DNA of 63,166 nucleotides, the filler included, from Octopus bimaculoides (Eukaryota): assembly GCF_001194135.2 (NCBI RefSeq). It is 4 parts of 4 records of this genome, joined end to end, with 100 filler letters (N's around TTAATTAATTAA, not from the genome) between each part and the next. Parts side by side here need not be neighbours in the genome. Positions count along the whole stretch, not along the records: positions 1 to 23,808 come from NC_068986.1; 3 more parts are not named here. One strand, given 5' to 3'. This document shows, one piece after another, positions 1 through 11,881 of the stretch (position 1 is the first letter of the stretch; each line of letters starts with the position of its first letter). Both the position numbers and the translations under genes were made by a program. The notes below the pieces were generated by a model that did no database searches, was not told where the DNA came from, and was given only the letters and a program-made list of their open reading frames with translations.

Positions 1-1844
1 ATATATATATATATATATATATATATACATTTAGACTTATATATGATATGTTACATACATGTATAATATATTAATATATTATATATGCATTCACACACAC
101 ATATATGTAGGTACGTATGCATACGTATATATAACCCCTACACTCAAAGTAATTTTTCTTCTATGATTCTCTGTTCTTTTACATTCTATGTCTAATTCCA
201 TTTATTCATTACCATCTTAATTAGTTTCGATTCATTGATTCAGCACTTTCCCTTAGGAGCTGAAGGCTATGAACATGAATGTTAGAAGAAGTCAGATCGA
301 AAGTAGAAAAAAAAGGAAGAAAAAGAAATGTACATAACTAAATAGGAGTAATTGTCGATCACCAATCTCACGGAGATAGCAAATGGCATATTAGAAAACA
401 CAAAGGGGAAAAAATGATATAATCAGGCATTAATTGTTTAGTTAAACTGAAGCGAGAGCTAATTAAGAAAAAAATGTGTAACCTTCTAAATGCCACATTA
501 GCAAATCTTGAAATAATACCAGTTTTAATGTGTGTCCACACGCGCGCACACACGCACACGCACATTTATACACATACATAAGGATGTACATACATATACA
601 TACAGATAATATATATATATATATATATATATANNNNNNNNNNNNNNNNNNNNNNNNNNNNNNNNNNNNNNNNNNNNNNNNNNNNNNNNNNNNNNNNNNN
701 NNNNNNNNNNNNNNNNNNNNNNNNNNNNNNNNNNNNNNNNNNNNNNNNNNNNNNNNNNNNNNNNNNNNNNNNNNNNNNNNNNNNNNNNNNNNNNNNNNNN
801 NNNNNNNNNNNNNNNNNNNNNNNNNNNNNNNNNNNNNNNNNNNTATATATATATATATATATATATGTGAGTATCTATACATATATACGTATATATGTAT
901 GTATTAATAATTTATTTCTTTGTAGTTATGTACGTACATATATGTACATATTTATGAGTGTGTGTATGTATACATGCATACATGTATGTGCTTCATGTAA
1001 ATTGCCTCCTCCAGAGCGACATTCGAAATATATCTGCAGAAATAAACGCTATTATTATACCGAAGACATATTTCTAAGGGAGAAGAACAGATTTATAGCC
1101 ATGTTTGTTCTGGAAAATTTAGAACCGAGGAAAACTCTACGCTAATATGGATTCCCTTTGTTTAATACTAAGTTTTACTCTTTAGCATGTTACCCATTCA
1201 AAAGTAATACGATTAATTCAGTATATATTCTGTTAATGTATTTTTTATACAAAAAGAACTAATGGATGCTGAGCTTAGACGTATGCATTGTCATGTCTTA
1301 CCATAAAACAGACCAAATAAATAATAAATAACCTGGAAATACGTTGCGACAAAAGTAAAATTCAAATCTGGAGACATACATTTTATAGCATACACTGAAA
1401 CCAAATGCGAGGCTATCCCTTACATTTAGGTTACTTTAGAAATTTTATTTTTCTTTCGTTGCAGTAAATACATATGTTTAGCATTTATATCGTATTGTAT
1501 TGCAAATTCTTCACTCCGATCATTCACTTCATCTTTGTGAAACTAAATTTTTATATCTTGCAATTTCTCATAAGTTGTATAAATAGCGCATATTATCAAA
1601 CGATTGCTGTCTCACATTTTTCTTATCTAATATTAACAAGCAAATATATTCGTTAGTGAATTGCATCTGTTGTGCAAGAAATAAAACTTATAAAAATGAG
1701 TGCTTGTGTGTATGAATACTATTTACATAATATAATATCATGCACACACATGCATACACACACATACGCACATACATGTACTATACATACAAACATAATT
1801 TTGTATATACATGTGCATAAACACATACATATATCTATCTATAA

Positions 1845-1947
1845 GTGGAGGCCCAATGGCCCAGTGGTTAGGGCAATGGACTCGCGGTAATAGGATCGCG
1901 GTTTCGATTAGCAGACCGGGTGTTGTGAGTGTTTATTGAGCGAAAAC
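1845..1947 (+). mobile_element. tRNA-headed SINE, family A, 5' part only, running into a (TA)n/(TG)n tract
   Basis: A-box-like TGGCCCAGTGG and B-box-like GGTTTCGATT. Near-colinear with the 5' ~105 nt of the full copy at 3491-3806. Confidence 0.8.
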
Positions 1948-1998
1948 ATATATACATATATATATGTATATATATGTATATATATGTATATATGTATA

Positions 1999-2035
<37 letters not shown>

Positions 2036-2040
2036 GTGTG

Positions 2041-2075
<35 letters not shown>

Positions 2076-2080
2076 GTGCG

Positions 2081-2260
2081 TGCGTGTCGTTAGGACACTC
2101 AGTAAGTTGTCATAATAATACTCGGAGTTTCAAATGCCGGACTTAAGATCAAACATGCATGCTCATCAGCTATCAATAAGAATTCATCGTAGGTTTTTAG
2201 CTCCGCCATTTGAAGCTCACAGTACTATTATGACAACTTACTGATTGTCTTAACTATGCA
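2081..2260. mobile_element. Short inverted-repeat element carrying a hammerhead motif (PLE terminal-repeat-like)
   Basis: Arm 2081-2145 is the reverse complement of arm 2198-2260 (about 80% identical by hand alignment). Flanked by microsatellites. Confidence 0.6.
2113..2175 (-). ncRNA. Type I hammerhead ribozyme motif with intact catalytic core
   Basis: Minus strand reads UGAUAG-CUGAUGA-GCAUGC..GCAUUU-GAAA-CUC C GAG-UA-UUAUUA. Stem I is 6 bp, stem II has one mismatch, stem III is near-palindromic, and the cleavage triplet is GUA. Confidence 0.65.
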
Positions 2261-2314
2261 TATATAAATAATCCTCTATCGTAATATCGAGATATCATTC
2301 TTTTGTTGTAACTC

Positions 2315-2357
<43 letters not shown>

Positions 2358-2429
2358 GTATATATANNNNNNNNNNNNNNNNNNNNNNNNNNNNNNNNNN
2401 NNNNNNNNNNNNATATATATATATATATA

Positions 2430-3420
2430 CATATTAATAATGAGAGAGACGGAAGTTAAACGATACAATGATATTTATTAATCATCACAGCTGTTTTGTT
2501 TTGATCGATCTAGCATCGATCCATCATGGTTGGGATACTTGACTGGTTTAGGAGTATCCGGTGGAGTAGATTTGACTCTTCATATGATTACAAGATGTAT
2601 CCTGTTAAAATAACAAACGTTCCGCAAGATATCTTCCCGCTTTGTGTAGAGAAAGGCAGCAAATTAAGAGAAATACCTTCGCTTTTATATAAAAGATCAA
2701 CAATAAATAACGAATACAGAGTTCAGGAAATAATGTATCAAATGTAGCAGTTAACAGATAGAGATGTATAAACTCCCTCTGTTACAAACATCCTCGAAGA
2801 CAAAATCATACGCACACGCGCGGTTTGGCGGACATATGCACATACAGCGAATTGAAAAGCTACTTATTGTTTATAAGAATGGGGAGGCTATAGTTAAATT
2901 TAATTGATCCATACCTTAGGTTGAATTATGAATGTTAATTTGGTTGATGGTTATTCCAATTCATTCCCACTGCATTGAGCGAAAGTGAATAAGCATCTTG
3001 AATGTCTATCAGATATTCTATTAGTGATGTCATTGGTCCACAAAATAGATAGAGGTTCCTCGGAGCATGGTCTACATCTTCTGGAAAGGATAGTATATGG
3101 TTATGCGCACCTTATTGTGGACCAAGTTAGTTTATATTCCTTAAGTCGTCACACAAAATCGGCCAAAGATGTTGAGCATCACATGCTGATTTTCTTGAAG
3201 CTGGCGATAACGATTCTTGAATGAATCAGCCGTTGCCCCTATGTAAACGTGCGGTCCTCCCCTTGTGTGTACGGTACATTTATATATACAAGATTCGTAC
3301 TCATACAGAGGTTAATCCATGCATGGGCATTTATTAGATTTATTTGTATATATGTGGCAGTTCTGACTTCATTTACCGACGCTGTTATCGTGTTGGCTGT
3401 TAGAGATTATGATATTTTTA
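2430..3420 (-). mobile_element. Penelope-like element 3' part: decayed GIY-YIG endonuclease plus non-coding terminal repeat
   Basis: Minus-strand translation with frameshifts gives LVY(K)CTVHTRGGPHVYIGATADSFKNRYRQ (YIG at 3245-3237), followed by pieces resembling the PLE WxLKE..W..I..PY..C motifs. A hammerhead relic lies near 2470-2530. Confidence 0.7.
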
Positions 3421-3429
3421 GATATTACT

Positions 3430-4900
3430 GCGTTTATATTAACTTACTGTCATTTACGTTTCAAGAAATAACAATGGTAGACACATAGCTGTGGAGGCGC
3501 AATGGCCCAGTGTTTAGGACAGTGAACTCGCGGTCCGAGGATCGTGGTTTCGATTCCCAGACCGGGCGTTGTGTGTGTTTATAGAGCGAAAATACCTAAA
3601 GATCTATGTGGCTCCGACAGTGGGTTTTGGTGACTCCTGTTGTACTCTTTCGCCCCCAACTTTCTCTCATTGTTCTTCTTGTTTCTTGAATAACGCTGCG
3701 ATGCACTGGGGTCCCTCCAAGCTGGGTGGGGGGGGGAAGATACGCTATAGAAACCGTTAAACCGGGTCCATGAGCCTGGTTAGGCTTTAAAAGAGTGACA
3801 AGAAGAAGACACATAGCTTTCTCAGAAAACGAAAAGGCATGCTATAATTGTGACGTTTGCGGCCGAGCACAGCGATTTAGATAAGGCTCAGTTTTTAAAG
3901 GCCGCCAGATCTTTCACTTACAATGTTCGCAAATAGATACATGTCTCATATAGGAGGATTTCACAAATATCGATAGACAGCAAGTATTCCCAACGCTCCA
4001 ATACCAACGTGTTTTGCAGATCATTAGCGGAATTTCCAGAAAGTCTATGAAGTCAATTGTAAAAAAATCTCCGTGCAAAAGAATGGACAATCAGAAATGC
4101 TATCCATGAAGACAACCAGCACTAGTCTTGTGTGATGAAGAGAAGTCATTTGATGTCAGAAAAAAACAAAGGCAAATCGATCGCTCAGATCTAAAACGCT
4201 ATTAAACATACATGAAAATTCAGAAGATCGTAACAGGATGTGACTTTTATCAGATGAGAAGCAAACTTTGGCCAGGACAAGAAGATTACCAGAAAAAATA
4301 ACAGATGGTTTCGTTCAGACCCTTCTAAAGTTCCAACAATCATGCACACAAAATTCCCAGCAACTGTCATGGCGTTTGGAGTTGATGACTCCTCACTTTT
4401 ATCCCCAAGGTCTTAGGGTTATCTGTGCTAGCTATACTGAAGTTCTGGAAACAGTTGTCAAGCGCTGGGCTGATAGAGTACGCAATGGAAGGCTGTACGT
4501 GTTTCAGCAGGACTCTGTGCCATCACATAAGTTGAAGGCAAACCAAGAATGGATGACTGACAATTTTCATGACCACTTAACCCCTTAAATGTGGCCTTCA
4601 AACAGATCTCAAGTCTTTGGACTATTATAGAGCGGATTACTATATAGAGAGGTCAATCAACACCTCCATAACACCAATAATTCTTTGAAAGCCACCGTTG
4701 TCAGAATAATGTCTGATATGATTGAGTACCATTTAATTCAGGTATGTAGACGATTCAAACCTGGCAAAGAAGCAGTTATTGATGCTGAAGGCAGATACAC
4801 TGATTAAGATCATAAAGGAGATAACCTACTTTATATGTACAGCATTTTCTGTTATTACGTGTGTTTTTTATAAAAGAGCAAATTTGTCCTCAGATAACTC
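3430..4900 (+). mobile_element. Tc1/mariner-superfamily transposon (maT/DD37D-like), decayed and interrupted by a SINE
   Basis: Joining across the SINE gives MVDT*LSQKTKRHAIIVTFAAEHSD from ATG 3474. Later pieces include SDEK, VVKRWADRVRNGRLYVFQQDSVPSH and a WP..LDYY region. Homologous to 34599-35850. Ends approximate. Confidence 0.8.
3491..3806 (+). mobile_element. Full-length tRNA-headed SINE, family A, with 12-bp TSD
   Basis: A/B-box head and (AAG)n-like tail. TSD AGACACATAGCT at 3479-3490 and 3807-3818. Confidence 0.9.
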
Positions 4901-6240
4901 ACGTACTCTTTATGTATAGTTTTTAAACCTGAAATTCTATACCACCCATCCACCTAAATGTTCTACTGTGACTTCACCAAACACGCACATACAACAATAT
5001 TAATAGCGGTAACGTATGCTTATTCGTCACAAAATACAACAGACCAAAATTATTCGGTAATGCAAAATCCCATTCATCGAATATTAACCAGAGCAGCCAT
5101 TTGAGCGTGGATATAAGAATGAGATTCTGGCAGCACGATCACATCAGACATTAGAATATAATGGAATATATTTCGATGCATAAACGTGTTTGGTATTTAA
5201 TTTGTTTGAACTATGAATTCGATGTTAAAATTTAAACAAAATTGACTCAAATTGATAGGTTCATTCCTTGTTTTCTGTATTTCTTCTTTGTGGAGATTTG
5301 TTGTGTTGAACTAGTAATAAATCAAGTTCTATCCAATCAGTTTTCCTAATTAATATATCCGAGCATTATACTAGTTATGCAATATATTTTCATGTGAAGT
5401 ACAGAGTCTCTTGCATTCTCGTGCGTCACGTTTTTTTTTACCGATCTCAGACTCTAACTGATATCCACCCCCCTTATTGCCTCTGTATTCTTATCTGCCT
5501 AGTTACCTATGTAAACTCATTAGGTCAGTAAGGCCTGGCGCTATTCCTTTCGAGTACTACAATGAAAAATGACATTAATGCGCGAATGTGTGTGTCTTTA
5601 TTACAGTACACACACTTTTTTACCAGTTTCTTGTGTATGGATTCATTCGGTTGCGTTGTCTAGATATGAAGCAAAGAGATAACAAGTCTATGAATCTGGG
5701 TAAATCCAGATAATGTGTGTTCTTTGTTTTGCTTGATGATAATGGTGGTATCGATGGGACACAACTTGCAGCATAAGCTTGTGAGTAAACAATTTATGAT
5801 GCAATTCTAGATATGCATGTCTCGTATGCGGAGACATCATTGTGGCCTTTGTTCGATGCATGAATTGAAGTTGCTCAGCTTTAGACAATGTAGACATATG
5901 GCCGCAAGAAACGTTGGAGAATGGGATGCAAATTTCAAATGTCATAGAAACCTGGTAACTGGAGATGAAGTGCATTATAAATGAAACTCCGTCCACTCAT
6001 GTAATAACTTGGAGAAAAAGGTCGGGATCTCCAGGCAAGTGTGAAAGATGTAAGAGACATTATGCTTATATAACTCCAACGGCTGATAGATGATGGCAGA
6101 CGGGAAATATTTTATATTTTAGAGATTAAGTTTGCAGTGTCGCCATATCCATAAACCGTATCAGTATTGCATGATTCATACATCAGCAGAGATATAGATA
6201 TCCTTTGAAGATCGGCACCCAAAAGGCTGATTGATGAATT

Positions 6241-6288
<48 letters not shown>
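6241..6288. repeat. (CA)n microsatellite
   Basis: Directly visible. Confidence 0.95.
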
Positions 6289-6289
<1 letters not shown>

Positions 6290-6911
6290 TCACGCTTATA
6301 TATGTACGAAATATACATAGATACGTGTGAATATATATAACATAGCTATATATAAATGTTTAATATTATATTGTGTATATAGGTTTAATACACAAAAGCA
6401 CATATATTCATCCATTCTTTTAGAATCAGATAGATAAATCACCATTACTATGATGCTCTGTTTCGATCAGACGCATGGAAAATATCTGGAGAAATGCAAT
6501 TGATTCTGCGCGATCTTTATTGACTCCGCAAAGGTATTTTATGTAATAAACCGTTCAAACGTGTCATAGGAACTCATTACCTTTGAAAGACTTCACATTT
6601 ATAATCTTGTCCTAAAGCCGAACACGAGAACAGTTATTGCTATCCAAACAGTGCAAAATTCAATGCTACAGGTGTTCAAGAGTGTTGTTTACTATGCTAA
6701 ATTTACTTTCATGTTATTTGCCTGCAACATTGAAGGTATTCTGCGATGTATCCTGTAATATAAAGACACACACAGTCCTTTTTACTAACCTGTTTATTTC
6801 GTTACACTCTAAATCAAAGGCTGGAGCCACACATCTTAGTGAAAGAAAGGCCGTTTTCTGACTTTTGAGTCTTATCATTTTGTGGCGCAGTAATCAAATC
6901 ATCGAAACGTC

Positions 6912-7130
6912 GCTTTACTCTTTGATTCTATTAATTGTTTGTGTCATTTGATTGCGGGCATGCTGAAGCAATGCCTTTAGTCGAACAAATTGACCCCCTG
7001 GACTTATTCTTTCTAAGCCTAGTACTTATTCTATCGCTTTTTTCGGCCGAACCGCTAATTCACGAGGATCCTAAACACACTAACAATGGTTGTCAAGTGA
7101 TGGTGGAGGGACAAACACAGACACACAAAT
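6912..7130 (-). mobile_element. SINE family B, 3' half
   Basis: Reverse complement of 49485-49692 and 56570-56836. Joined to a (CA)n(TA)n tract and gap at its 5' side. Confidence 0.8.
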
Positions 7131-7151
7131 ACATACATACATACTACACAC

Positions 7152-7190
<39 letters not shown>

Positions 7191-7207
7191 NNNNNNNNNN
7201 NNNNNNT

Positions 7208-7403
7208 ATATATTTGACCGTTGACCGAACACTATTCAATTTTTTTTCTCCGTGTTTTTCTCCTTGTCTCCGTATTCTTTCTGTTGAAGAGCGTAGCTCG
7301 AAATGTCAAAGACTTTCCGTATTCGCGAGCGTCAAACTAATATATACTTTTGTTATTTACACCACCTGTCCTCGTCTGTTGTTATTTTTTGTATATTCTC
7401 CCA
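7208..7403 (+). mobile_element. Short pyrimidine-rich (TA)n-anchored element with a minimal hammerhead motif
   Basis: Lies between two (TA)n tracts. Shares the hammerhead layout and the downstream ..GAGCG..TAATA.. with 24148-24331. Confidence 0.55.
7276..7312 (+). ncRNA. Minimal type I hammerhead-like motif with variant core CUGUUGA
   Basis: UCUUU-CUGUUGA-A-GAGC GUA GCUC-GAAA-UG-UC-AAAGA. Stem I (5 bp) and stem II (4 bp) are perfect. Stem III would be the palindrome ACGU with CG>TG decay. Confidence 0.55.
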
Positions 7404-7635
7404 TATATATATATATATATATATATATAAACAATGAAAATTATTGAATTAACAATTTATACCACTAATTAGCATGCGTAATAAAAGTCAAAAGACATTA
7501 ATATTTTCATAATATAATTATGCATTACAATTTATACACGGAGAGAAAACAAACATGTGGACATTTTACATACTAGGGAGGGCAGGCAAAACCCAAACAA
7601 CGAAAAGAACCATTCTTACTTATTTCACATTGCCT

Positions 7636-7636
7636 A

Positions 7637-7705
<69 letters not shown>

Positions 7706-7770
7706 ATCTATCTATCTCTAACTATCTATCTCTATATTTCTATCTCTACCTATCTACCTCTATCTATCAA
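7636..7770. repeat. (TATC)n microsatellite, decaying at its 3' end
   Basis: Directly visible. Confidence 0.95.
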
Positions 7771-10700
7771 TATGTGTATGTGTGAATGCATGCCTGTCTC
7801 TACAGATATGAAAGAAGGGTCGTATACTCATTATATCGATGAAACACACGTGAGAAAAAGGTTGAGTGTGATGTAGGTATGTATGAATCTATGTAACTAT
7901 GTATGAATATATATATATATATATATATATANNNNNNNNNNNNNNNNNNNNNNNNNNNNNNNNNNNNNNNNNNNNNNNNNNNNNNNNNNNNNNNNNNNNN
8001 NNNNNNNNNNNNNNNNNNNNNNNNNNNNNNNNNNNNNNNNNNNNNNNNNNNNNNNNNNNNNNNNNNNNNNNNNNNNNNNNNNNNNNNNNNNNNNNNNNNN
8101 NNNNNNNNNNNNNNNNNNNNNNNNNNNNNNNNNNNNNNNNNNNNNNNNNNNNNNNNNNNNNNNNNNNNNNNNNNNNNNNNNNNNNNNNNNNNNNNNNNNN
8201 NNNNNNNNNNNNNNNNNNNNNNNNNNNNNNNNNNNNNNNNNNNNNNNNNNNNNNNNNNNNNNNNNNNNNNNNNNNNNNNNNNNNNNNNNNNNNNNNNNNN
8301 NNNNNNNNNNNNNNNNNNNNNNNNNNNNNNNNNNNNNNNNNNNNNNNNNNNNNNNNNNNNNNNNNNNNNNNNNNNNNNNNNNNNNNNNNNNNNNNNNNNN
8401 NNNNNNNNNNNNNNNNNNNNNNNNNNNNNNNNNNNNNNNNNNNNNNNNNNNNNNNNNNNNNNNNNNNNNNNNNNNNNNNNNNNNNNNNNNNNNNNNNNNN
8501 NNNNNNNNNNNNNNNNNNNNNNNNNNNNNNNNNNNNNNNNNNNNNNNNNNNNNNNNNNNNNNNNNNNNNNNNNNNNNNNNNNNNNNNNNNNNNNNNNNNN
8601 NNNNNNNNNNNNNNNNNNNNNNNNNNNNNNNNNNNNNNNNNNNNNNNNNNNNNNNNNNNNNNNNNNNNNNNNNNNNNNNNNNNNNNNNNNNNNNNNNNNN
8701 NNNNNNNNNNNNNNNNNNNNNNNNNNNNNNNNNNNNNNNNNNNNNNNNNNNNNNNNNNNNNNNNNNNNNNNNNNNNNNNNNNNNNNNNNNNNNNNNNNNN
8801 NNNNNNNNNNNNNNNNNNNNNNNNNNNNNNNNNNNNNNNNNNNNNNNNNNNNNNNNNNNNNNNNNNNNNNNNNNNNNTATATATATATATATATATTTAG
8901 CGGCCTACGTACACTTTGTCTCTTATATGTTAGTATACATTTTTCTAAATCTTGTACGACGCTATTTCTGTCTATCAGCCCCTTCACCCGTTTTCGTTCA
9001 TTCCACTCTTCGTTCTTTCGTTCCCCCTCGCTTACATTTCCTTACCTTCTCTTCTTGCTCACTTTCCTTCCACTTTTCACTTCACTGTGTCCGTGTCATT
9101 TCTTCTGGACCCTCCATAATCCTGTTGTCCCTCTGCCTCTATCACTGTCTCTTCTCTTCGCACGTCACCGTCGTTCGTCCAAGCCTGACCTTTCTTTCTT
9201 GGCCGGCCGTTGTGCATGCAGCATCGATATTCCTCCCGGTGGCTGTAAAACCTTTCATCCCTGCCGTAAGGCTTTATTTCCACACACGCCAGCTTAAGTT
9301 ATTTGGTCCTTAGTTGGAAGACATCTGTTGTTATGTTCTGTTATTATTTTTATTGTATTTGCGTAGCATTGTTCGTTTTTATCCGTCCTTGTTTTTGTAT
9401 ACATTCGATGCTTTCTTGCAAGCAATCTAATGCTCTTAGCTTAGTTTTTCCTTGGGTTCGGCCTGATTGGAGCAATATCGAGAATAACCAGCCGACATTG
9501 CAAAGATAATCTGGATCTCGACTGAGGAAAGAAAACTCCAAATGACCTGTCCTTGTTTTCTTTGTATCGTCTATCTGGATGTTTTGTTGTCCCTTTGCTC
9601 AGGTCTCCTTCAATTTACCAGTAGTATGCCTGTTGTCTGTGCAGTATGAGTTATTTAGCTGCCTTAACAAAAGTGCACTGTGTTTACCGTAATATGTACA
9701 TTGCAATATTTTACATATGCAAAATATTACGAAACAGTGATAGTGATTAAAGAAATCAGAAGACTTAGGGCCGTTCCATTATTTGTCATTTCCACAATTA
9801 AGGTCATATCTTGTTATCGTCGTATTTACTTTTTATCGCCGTATGCTCTAACGTTGTGATATTGTAAGTCATCAGAGGAAATAAAAATTGATGGATGACA
9901 TAATTATCATCGCGCTGAAACCATACGACATTTGATATTTTAATGAGATTTCGTATTATATCATATGCATTTTTTAAGGAGAAATATGAAATATTTCTAA
10001 AGAAGAAAATGTGGACATATGACCAGTTGTATTGTAAACGTATAGTCTTCTGCAATGTGCTTTCCCTTAAATTTTATGGTACCAGTCATACACATTTCGT
10101 TGATTTAGTCGACGTTCCTTTTCTACTCTGAAAAAGCGTAATCTCATTAATTTATTTAAATAACTGAATTCCAATTTCACCAGGTTTCATAAATGAGGTA
10201 TAGCTAGTTTCGATTAAATCGGCAATCACTTCTGTCAAACTTTTCTTTTGAATGATGTAAGTATTAAGGAAAGATGTTAATATTTCGGAAAATGATTTCA
10301 TTCTTAAGTTTATAATATTCTGGGTTACTAATATCATCTTTAGTGGGTATATTTACATTTAGTCTATATTTTTACACATTAGCAATTAAGCTTGTGTTTA
10401 AACAATATGTTCGCTTAACGTCATATTAACAGAATCGATAGGTGGCAAAATTATACATGTGTGAATCTTATATGGCAACTCTAAAAGATCATCGATTAAA
10501 CAGATTGAGTAGCTCTGTAAATATAAATATTTAAGATCAACTTAATATCGCTGAACATTATGTTATTATCTATATAACATTAAAACATGGTGATACAAAC
10601 TAACTACTCGGGAAAACAATTTCAGTTTCATTATGCATTCACACTGTCTAATTAAGTTTGGCGAAGTTTTCATCAAGCATCTTAGTAAATTGGTCAAATG

Positions 10701-11494
10701 CTGATCTAGCATTGAACAAGTGTTCATTAGAGTCAAACGATAATATATTTAAAAGCAAATCAATCGATCACTCACACGATAAGAAACAGCTATAAAGAAA
10801 TTGTTCACATCTCTGGCACCTGCATGTCTAGTAGAGCGTAATTAATTTTTTGAAAAATATCATGCTTCAATAGAAGTGAGAAATCTATCGAAATCAACGC
10901 ATTCGACCGAATAACAATTAAGCATATGTTATATCACTGATAATAATCCATATCAGCCAATATAATTTATCATTATCTGAAGATAATTTTAATATCTTGT
11001 TATTTTCAATAGCCATTTCTTCATTGACATCGCTGTTAATGAGCAAATTTAGATCATTATTAGATACTGCATTAACTGACTGACGTAGGAAATGATAAAT
11101 AATTAGAAACACCAAGTTAATTAGTTTAAACATATTTGTAATTGAACTATAGCATTTTCCCTTCGAATATACATCTACATTCATGTACATACAAGACCCA
11201 ACACACAGACATACACCCCCCCCCACACACACACACATGTATACGCTTAAAGTACGATGTCTTGAATACGTTCTTAAATGAGTTGACTTTCTCCAATATA
11301 CATTCTATTTACATGCATAAATACCTATATGAACACACAGGAGCATGCTTACGTAAATGCTAACACACATACACATGTATATAAGTATGCGTGTATGTAT
11401 GTGTTTGTATATTTCTGTGTCTATATGGGCATTCATGTGAAAGGTAATATTTTGTATCATATGTATACTATATATATAAACGTCTGAAAATAGT

Positions 11495-11690
11495 AATAAT
11501 AACAATGCTACAAGTTATAACACAAGGCTATCAATTCTAAGGCGTGGAAGCAAGTTAATTGCAATAGACTCCTTAATATGACAGGTACTCCATTTTATCC
11601 GTCCGCAAAGGACGAAAGGCAGAACTAATCTCGGAGAGATATGCATTCACTGAGTAATGGTCCGGAAGAAACGCTTCAAACATTTTATTG
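11495..11690 (-). mobile_element. Decayed SINE family E copy
   Basis: Colinear with 30904-31116 (GGTAC..TTTAT..CC..AAAG.A.GAAAGGCA.A). Confidence 0.5.
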
Positions 11691-11714
11691 ACGCTTACAG
11701 GATTTTGCCACGAG

Positions 11715-11796
11715 ATCCTGCTCCTGCTCCTGCCCCTGCTCCTCCTCCTACTACTACCACCACCACCACCACTACTGCTACTGCTGCTGCACCTGT

Positions 11797-11827
<31 letters not shown>

Positions 11828-11845
11828 GATGATAATAATAATAAT

Positions 11846-11880
<35 letters not shown>
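11715..11880. repeat. Compound trinucleotide microsatellite (CCT/ACT/ACC/GCT/GAT/AAT)
   Basis: Directly visible. It explains the poly-P/T/N and poly-L/I ORFs in the track. Confidence 0.95.

Positions 11881-11881
<1 letters not shown>

Noticed and set aside
1474-1656. Hydrophobic ORF after a strong acceptor, a possible first coding exon
   Set aside because: F/I/L/Y-rich ORFs arise by chance in AT-rich DNA, and no recognisable motif is present.
1845-1920. tRNA-like sequences here and at 3491, 21220 and 55976
   Set aside because: They have A/B boxes but continue into repeated SINE bodies, one with a TSD, and no complete cloverleaf is evident.
5688-5996. 102-aa minus-strand ORF, and a plus-strand frame containing VGEWD
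   Set aside because: No recognisable domain and weak splice signals; resemblance to the TM-exon start is short and probably chance.
7800-8987. Very long ORFs in the track (also around 24.3, 35.8, 39.0, 40.9 and 48.1 kb)
   Set aside because: They are open only because they span N-gaps and (TA)n/(TG)n tracts.
9515-9550. CTGAGGA..CTCC-AAA, hammerhead-like, within a probable repeat at 8890-9620
   Set aside because: Stem II 5' strand and stem I are not supported, and there is only one copy in the window to compare.
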